Source of the DNA: Tubiluchus corallicola
Taxonomy: Eukaryota > Animalia > Priapulida
Assembly: GCA_030141605.1 (NCBI GenBank)
Contig: JAQGDQ010001892.1
Span: 1 to 22,097 of the forward strand
Direction of reading: 5' to 3'
DNA length: 22,097 nucleotides
The notes under the pieces are model-generated. The model saw only the letters and a list, made by a program, of their open reading frames with translations, was not told the DNA's origin and made no database searches. Of the stretch, positions 15,645-22,097 are shown piece by piece (within the stretch, counting starts at the first letter, position 1; each line of letters starts with the position of its first letter). A program made the position numbers and the translations under genes.

Positions 15645-15891
15645 TTCCGATTTTTCTACACGGAGAGAGATTCTAGTAACCTGGCTTCATTGCGTTCCAC
15701 AACCGCGCTGATCCAAGCAAACATGAATAAAGCTGTTTATTGACGTAATTGATCTGCCACACATCTTGACGTCTACAACTTTGTCGTGAGTACATGCACG
15801 TTCTTTCTCCACCCTAATATTTTACTTATGTACCTTTCCTGGTTGTGTCAGTGAGTGTAAGAGATAACGGTTGCTTGTATTTTAAAGTCAA

Positions 15892-15980
15892 GGAGGGTTG
15901 TAGATAAACTCTAACTTGTATATCAAACATTTTGGAGGGTTGTAACTCTAACTTGAATATCAAGATATTGGAGGGTTGTA
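15892..15980 (+). repeat. Short direct repeats in the element's 5' UTR
   Basis: GGAGGGTTGTA at 15892, 15934 and 15970, separated by AACTCTAACTTG(T/A)ATATCAA. Confidence 0.85.
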
Positions 15981-16058
15981 AAGATTAATCCTATAATGCA
16001 CTGTAAATTGCGCAGCGCAAATAGATTTCTTAAATTTAATCTCTATTAAACTTTCTCA

Positions 16059-17387
16059 ATGGCGACTAAATCTCCAGCACCTGAAGCTCAGCATGTGTCT
16101 ATTGATACCTATAATGCTTTAGCAAATCAATTTCATGAGTTGAGTCAAAGATGCGAGAATAGTGATAAAATCTTACAAACCCAAGCTGCTCAGATTTTAA
16201 AACAAGGAGAAAGAATAGGTGATTTGAAACGGGCTAGTGATCAGACCCAATTTTTATGTGAATTGGGCACTCATCTAAAAGACACTAAAGTACAACAAAC
16301 ATTAATCCACCAAATTCAACACTTACCGAAATTTTCAGGAGAACCCGGCACTCTCAAATATAGAGATTGGATTGATAATATAGAGCAGTCTCTAAACTTA
16401 ACTCCTACATTATTGACATCAAGGGACACCGCCTACAAGCATTTAATTTTGGGCACTATTACAGGGGCAGCCGCAAACTTTGTGAGTAAATACCCAAATC
16501 TCGAGACGAGAACAGCACAGGAATTACGAAACGCCCTAAGAGACCTATACGCGGACCGACTAGAAATTAATAAGGCTTTCATTGGATTAACTCGAGCTAG
16601 GCAACAGAAGGGGGAGACCATACAGGCTTTTGGCGACAGGATACTCAAATTAGCAAGAATAGCAAAAACGTCAGAAGATGAAATAGTAGACCCAGCCTTT
16701 CAATCATTTTTGGTACAATTATTTACACTGGGTATACGAGGGGACCAGGCACGTCAATACTTACTTAGAGAGCCTCCCCGAACTCTAACTTTGGCAATCA
16801 CAGAAGCCGCTAACAGGGGAGCCCCCGTGGAGATGTGCCAATATCTTAGATCGTGTTTTCCAGATAATTCAGAACCTATGGAAGTTGATCTAATTTCACA
16901 AGAACTTCATGAAGACCCCTCAGACATGACTCCCCATACATTGCAGCTGTTTGCAGATTCATTACTTAAACAGGGACAAGTTTTAAGCAACGTACAAGAA
17001 TCGGTATGTTCTCTTAATAAAACTGTCGCTACTTTGGCAAAACCAACACAAAATCAACAAGCAAGATTCGGTAAAGGACGTCAATTTGTACCAACGGGTT
17101 TTAATAATAATAATAACCGACAATTTCGGACAACCAATCGACCTAACGCTCCATTTCAACGTAATTTTAATAACTTTAATAATAGACAGTTCTACAACGA
17201 ACGACCGAACACAGGTTTCAGGTTTCAACCGCGCGCTACGAATAGAAATAACAACTTCAATCAACGCGCGTCATGGATGCCTAGAGAAAACGCCCCGAAT
17301 TTCAGATTTCAGAATAATAGACCATTTATTCCTAGGTTTAATAGGGAAAAACAATCCGGCAATTTTAATAGGAGAACGGCAAACTAA
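16059..17387 (+). CDS. gag: Gag-like capsid protein, 442 aa
   Basis: N-terminal coiled-coil-like region, LPKFSGE...WI capsid start, major-homology-like QQKGETIQAFGDRI and EPMEVD motif. The tail is N/R/F-rich, there is no CCHC knuckle, and the ORF lies between PBS and pol. Confidence 0.9.
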   Translation: MATKSPAPEAQHVSIDTYNALANQFHELSQRCENSDKILQTQAAQILKQGERIGDLKRASDQTQFLCELGTHLKDTKVQQTLIHQIQHLPKFSGEPGTLKYRDWIDNIEQSLNLTPTLLTSRDTAYKHLILGTITGAAANFVSKYPNLETRTAQELRNALRDLYADRLEINKAFIGLTRARQQKGETIQAFGDRILKLARIAKTSEDEIVDPAFQSFLVQLFTLGIRGDQARQYLLREPPRTLTLAITEAANRGAPVEMCQYLRSCFPDNSEPMEVDLISQELHEDPSDMTPHTLQLFADSLLKQGQVLSNVQESVCSLNKTVATLAKPTQNQQARFGKGRQFVPTGFNNNNNRQFRTTNRPNAPFQRNFNNFNNRQFYNERPNTGFRFQPRATNRNNNFNQRASWMPRENAPNFRFQNNRPFIPRFNREKQSGNFNRRTAN

Positions 17388-20300
17388 AAGCGACCATTCA
17401 TGAAAATTATCGGTCGTCAGAGTGGTCGCATGATCCTAGACCGAATTATTCCAATTCTTCTTTTAATGCACCCGACAAGTCTAAATTTCAACAAACTGTT
17501 TCAGAAACAAAATATATTTCTATTGCATCCATAGAAACGACGGCTCCATTTTGTAATATTAAAGTTCATGATTATCCTTGTACAGCTATCTTAGATACAG
17601 GAGCAGAAGTTAGTGTTTTAGATAGCACCACTTTCCATAAACTCCCAACAGAAGTACAAAAAACCCTTACGTCCCCTGAAGATAATTTTGTTTTAAATAC
17701 TGCTTCAAAAAGCACGTTAAAAATATTAGGTAAATGGCATTTTAACTGTTACCATAGGAAAACAGAAATTGGAAAATTTGTTTTATATCGTAGATCAACT
17801 TTCAAAACCTGTAATTTTAGGTTATAACTTTTTCAAAAACACCCAAGCAGCAATAGATATTGCCAACGGAATTTTAGTCATAAATCAAGAGGTACTTAAA
17901 TTAGCTCCCCCGAGCGAAAAACGCATCTTTTTGGTCAAAGCCGCCACTGCTTTATTAATTCCCCCAAAATCTTGTGCACTTGGCAAGGCGTATATCACAG
18001 GAAATTTTCATAAGAATGATGAATGCGTTCATACTTTAGAACTCCTTAAAGCGAACGTATTACCTATTTATAAAGAAACCACATGTGACATAGTTCCCAG
18101 TATTGTGAATATGTATAAGAAACAAGTTTATGTACCCTTATACAATGACGGCGAAAAGGATGTAATTGTATCTCGGAATGACATTTTAAGTCTTGCAGTT
18201 GAACAAGACCCAACAGTTATGTATCAAGTTTCAAATATTGCTAAATGCACGGAAGTTATGAACTCGATACAACAAATAGCTTCGCAACTTCAGAATGAAA
18301 TTTTCCCTAAAATAAATACAACGGATAAGGGAAATTCCTTGCCAAAATATGTTCGTAGACTTCACGTTCAGACACTGGACCATGTGACGAAATACGGACC
18401 ACCACAAGATTACAGATTACAACAGACACCTTACAAGACTGAAGCCATCTTGTATAATACTCCAAATATAATACATTCCATTGATGAAAATATAGAAGCT
18501 AAACCTACTTCAAATAAACGAAGACGGAAACGGCTACAAAAGCATATTAAACAACAATTCGTTCGTATGATGTCATCGGAAAGCTTACTAAAAGAATTAA
18601 AATTAGATAACATTACAGATCCCGTACTTAAGGAAAGACTCACTAAATTGCTTCTTAAATATGCAGATTGTTTTGCTGAAGATCCCATAGACGCCCCGGT
18701 ACGTCGGAAATTGAATTTAAAATAAGAATGACAGATTATACACCTTATCACGCTAAACCGTACCCTATACCTATAAATTTGGAATCAGTGGTTAAACAGG
18801 CTATAGACACTATGTTAAAGGCAAAAGTCATAGTCCCAGCTGAGAATTCTAGTTATGCAAGTCCCATTCTGTTAGTTCCAAAAAAAGATGGAGGGAAGAG
18901 ATTATGTGTAGATTTGAGACAAATCAATGCACGTACACTCCCTGACCCCTACCCACAACCGAACGTCGAAACATTATTTAAAGAATTAAAAGGTGCTAGT
19001 ATATTCTCCTCTCTAGATATGACAAATGCATATTTTCAGATACCAGTTGAACCCGACAGTCAACCTTTTACAAGCTTTGTCAGCCCGTATGGCTTATTCC
19101 AATTTACAAAAATGCCCTTTGGTTTGAAGAATGCACCAGCTACATTTTCCAGATTAGTAGACCGCCTTTCACGTGACTTAATAACACCCACGGGTAGGAG
19201 ACGCTTAATTGCTTATCTAGACGACCTTGTCTGTTGCAGTCCGGATATTGAAACCCATTTTTCCGATTTAGAAGATTTATTTTTGAGATTACGGAAAGCA
19301 AATTTAAAATGCCGACCCAGGAAATGTTTTTTCTTACAAAAATCTATTAAATATTTAGGCCACGTTTTGTCTGAACAAGGCATTGCCACAGATCCGGCAA
19401 AGGTGTTAGCTATTAAGAATGTTTCACCACCCACAGATATTAAAAAGCTAAGAACTTTTTTAGGTCTAGCCACTTATTATCGCAAATTCGTCAAAAATTT
19501 TGCGATAATAGCTGAACCATTATTAATGTTATTAAGGAAAGAAAATTCGTTTAAATGGACACATTTACAACAAGAGGCTTTTGACAAACTGAAAACAGTT
19601 TTAACTGAAGCACCAATCTTGAAATATCCGGAGACTAATACAGGTTATATTCTCCATACCGATAGTTCGAACTTTGGCATAGGCGCTGTTCTTTCGCAAG
19701 AAGATGCAGCTGGAAATATCGGAGTGATCGCGTACATGTCGGAAACACTAAACAGCTCACAAAGATTATGGCCTACATTTCAAAAGGAAGCATACGCCAT
19801 CGTAGCTAGCTTTAGAAAATTTAAAACATATCTATATAACGCGCCAAAAATCGATGTTTATACGGATCATGCACCGTTAATTTATTTGTTTACAGGTGCT
19901 AAATTAATGAATCAATTACTGTCTCGATGGGTAGTTGAGCTATTACAGTATAATATTAATATTTATTACCAAAAAGGTTCAGAAAACACAGTTGCAGACG
20001 CGTTAAGTCGACTACCTGCATGTCCAGATTTTATAGGAACGCTCCCAATATCCTTTAGGGATTTTCAACAACAGTTTCTACAATATAATTCGCCTGAAAG
20101 ATTAGCAGAGAAATATAAATACTTAGTAGATCAGAAATCTACTTCAGAGCGCAGTAAAGGTATTAAAACTACAGAGATGATTGCCCAAATCAGCCAACAA
20201 ATGTCAGGTCAAACTGAATTAGAAAACTACTCAGATCAGACAATAATTAAAAAGGTACTACCTATAGAGGGTAACATTTTAGAAGAAAATATTTGGACAG

Positions 20301-22097
20301 GTGAAGACCCATTGTTAAACAGACCAACGGTCGAATCAGCTGGCAATGAAAACGCTCCAACTCAAATTCCATTACCAGCACAAGAAACCTCCTCATCGGA
20401 CAACCCAGCCACTCAATTAGAACAAGGTGAAACTGAACATGACCTGGACGAATTCGATGGATTACCTTTAGATCTAACGACAGTACAGCAATGGCAATTA
20501 TCAGATCCTAAATTAGCACCAATTATTCATGCCTTAACCTCACCTACAGAAACTGATATTCAAACAAAACATGCAGAAAATTTCTACATTGATGAGCAGG
20601 GATTATTGTATAAAGTTGAAAATGACTCCATTAATTTAGAACAGGAAAATTTACGGTTAGCCATTCCAGCGAAATTAACAAGTATTTTAATTAGAGGCTT
20701 TCATGACGAATTTGCTGGACATTCTTCAGTAAAAAGAACATATGAGCGTCTGAAGAAACGATATTACTGGCCCGGCATGTTTGTACAAATTAAGAAACAT
20801 GTAGATCAGTGTTTGAACTGTCAAACACGGCGTATGAGACCGCATCGTAAACCTTTAGGTATCACAGAATTAGCCAGTAAACCCTTTGAAAATGTATATT
20901 TGGATATCTTAATTTTACCCCAGACAGAATCTGGTTATAAATATTTACTAGTTTTAATAGATCAATTAAGTAGCTGGATAGAGGCCTTTCCTTTAATTGA
21001 TAAATCAGCTAACTCAGTTGCTAATGTCATCCTTACAGAATATTTCTCTCGTCACGGAGCAAGTAAAACCTTTTTCAGTGATCAGGGAACAGAATTCAAT
21101 AATGCTTTATTAAAAGCTTTACTAAAAGAATTCAGGGTTGTTCAAGTATTAGGAACACCGTACCACTCGAATTCACAAGGCCAAGTTGAACGCGCTAATC
21201 GCACTATTATCCAACAATTAGCATATGTTTGTCAACAAAAGTCCACAGATTGGATTAAATATCTGCCGCATGTATTATTCGCCCTTAGAACAACTCCAAA
21301 TTCAATAACGGGGTACAGTCCATTTTTTTTAATATATAATCGCCACTGCGATTTGCCACTCGATAATATCCTTCAACTTAGATCTAAATATTACGGATCT
21401 GATCCAATTAGACTGGATCTAAATCGTTTGCATGAAGCCTTTCTGCAAACCCGACAACTGATGCATAAAAATCGTCTAGCCCACAAAAAACGCTATGATA
21501 AAAATACGCATATACCTCTTTTCAAAATTGGTGATCCAGTTTTCTTACGTAAAGGTAATTTAGACCCTGCTGAATCACATAAACTATGTCGACCGTGGGC
21601 CCCATATTATGTAATAGTTAATAAAATTGATGAATCCCGTCTTAGAATTGTCCATAATAACACAGGCAAGTTTAAAATAGTGCACCCAAACCGGTTACGA
21701 AAGGCAAATTTGCAAGGAAATCAATGGCTGCTACCAACAGGAACGTCGTCGCATTCCAAGCGAACTTCAAAACGAAAATCCACATTACATTACGTCCCGG
21801 AAACTCTTTCAGACACTGATTCAAATAACCTAATAAATGAGATCCAACCTGACCAAACCCCCATCGCAACCCCGCCCCCGAACTTGGATTTCTATGAAAA
21901 TGAACCCCAACCTCAACCTAACATTTCACCCAGTTCGTCAAATTCTACACTTCATTCTTTGCCAACTTTAGAACGTATAGATCCGATGGAAGAGGAGAAT
22001 TTAATTCAAACCGAAACAGATTATGCAATGCCAGTAGACAACTTAATTCCCCCCCTCGCAAACCGTTCTATAAAACGCTCATCAGACGCCGACACGC
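17372..22097 (+). CDS. pol: Pol polyprotein (PR-[dUTPase-like]-RT-RNase H-IN), interrupted by two 1-bp frameshifts (~17736, ~18695), incomplete at the 3' end
   Basis: Manual translation gives AILDTGAEVSVL (D at 17594) and VILGYNF for the protease; SPILLVPKKDGGKRLCVDLR, MPFGLKNAP, YLDD (19214) and YLGH for RT; HTDSS...KEAYA...YTDH...ADALSR for RNase H; and H-H-C-C (20702-20821), D 20903/D 21080/E 21188 plus a GPY/F-like WAPYY for IN. There is no stop from ~18700 to the window end, which is why it is missing from the ORF track. Confidence 0.93.
17378..17429 (+). promoter_or_regulatory. Putative -1 ribosomal frameshift signal (G GCA AAC + stem-loop)
   Basis: Pol is in the -1 frame and open only from 17372 (TAG at 17369). 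The heptamer is 17378-17384, followed by a 5-nt spacer and a stem of GCGACCATTC (17390) with GAGTGGTCGC (ending 17429). Confidence 0.65.
18728..19480 (+). other. Reverse transcriptase domain of pol
   Basis: KPYPIP, SPILLVPKKDG, LDMTNAYFQI, MPFGLKNAPATF, YLDD, KC..YLGH, FLGLATYYRKF. Confidence 0.95.
19640..20010 (+). other. RNase H domain of pol
   Basis: ILHTDSSNFGIGAVLSQ, KEAYAI, VYTDHAPL, NTVADALSR. Confidence 0.92.
20690..21710 (+). other. Integrase domain of pol
   Basis: FHDEFAGH...YYWPGM...CLNC, VYLD, SDQGTEF, SQGQVERANR, TGYSPF, FKIGDPV, WAPYY, VHPNRL. Confidence 0.93.

Larger units (their letters stand above)
15181..22097 (+). mobile_element. Ty3/Gypsy (Metaviridae) LTR retrotransposon, 3' part beyond the window
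   Basis: LTR + PBS + gag + pol, with domain order PR-RT-RH-IN. Confidence 0.95.

Noticed and set aside
15892-15980. Origin of the 44-bp satellite from the element's UTR repeats
   Set aside because: Only AACTTG/TACAAC-sized matches, which is insufficient.
16433-21869. Short antisense or alternate-frame ORFs (16433-16648, 16983-17264, 17086-17403, 18431-18751, 19213-19473, 21672-21869)
   Set aside because: They are shadows of gag/pol with no independent motifs.

Overview
AT-rich eukaryotic (probably invertebrate animal) repeat-dense DNA with no intact host gene recognisable. (1) Bases 1-~7660 form a large foldback. The left arm (1-~1350, running off the window) is an almost perfect reverse complement of ~5080-6431. 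Each arm has an outer 137-bp hairpin-containing satellite, a ~490-bp unique inner domain and a compound (TTA)n(TCA)n microsatellite. The ~3-kb loop holds an 80-bp satellite, microsatellites and possible minus-strand exon remnants. (2) Bases 7660-10730 contain a probable relic LTR, an old MITE-like inverted repeat and a degenerate 15-17-bp minisatellite. (3) Bases 10728-15180 are ~101 copies of a 44-bp unit, nearly all with a perfect CRE palindrome TGACGTCA. (4) From 15181 to the end lies a Ty3/Gypsy LTR retrotransposon abutting that array. It has a 449-bp LTR with AGTAAA...TTTACT termini, a PBS, a zinc-knuckle-less gag, a -1 frameshift signal, and pol (PR, dUTPase-like insert, RT, RNase H, IN) with two compensating 1-bp frameshifts. 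Pol is still open at the window end.
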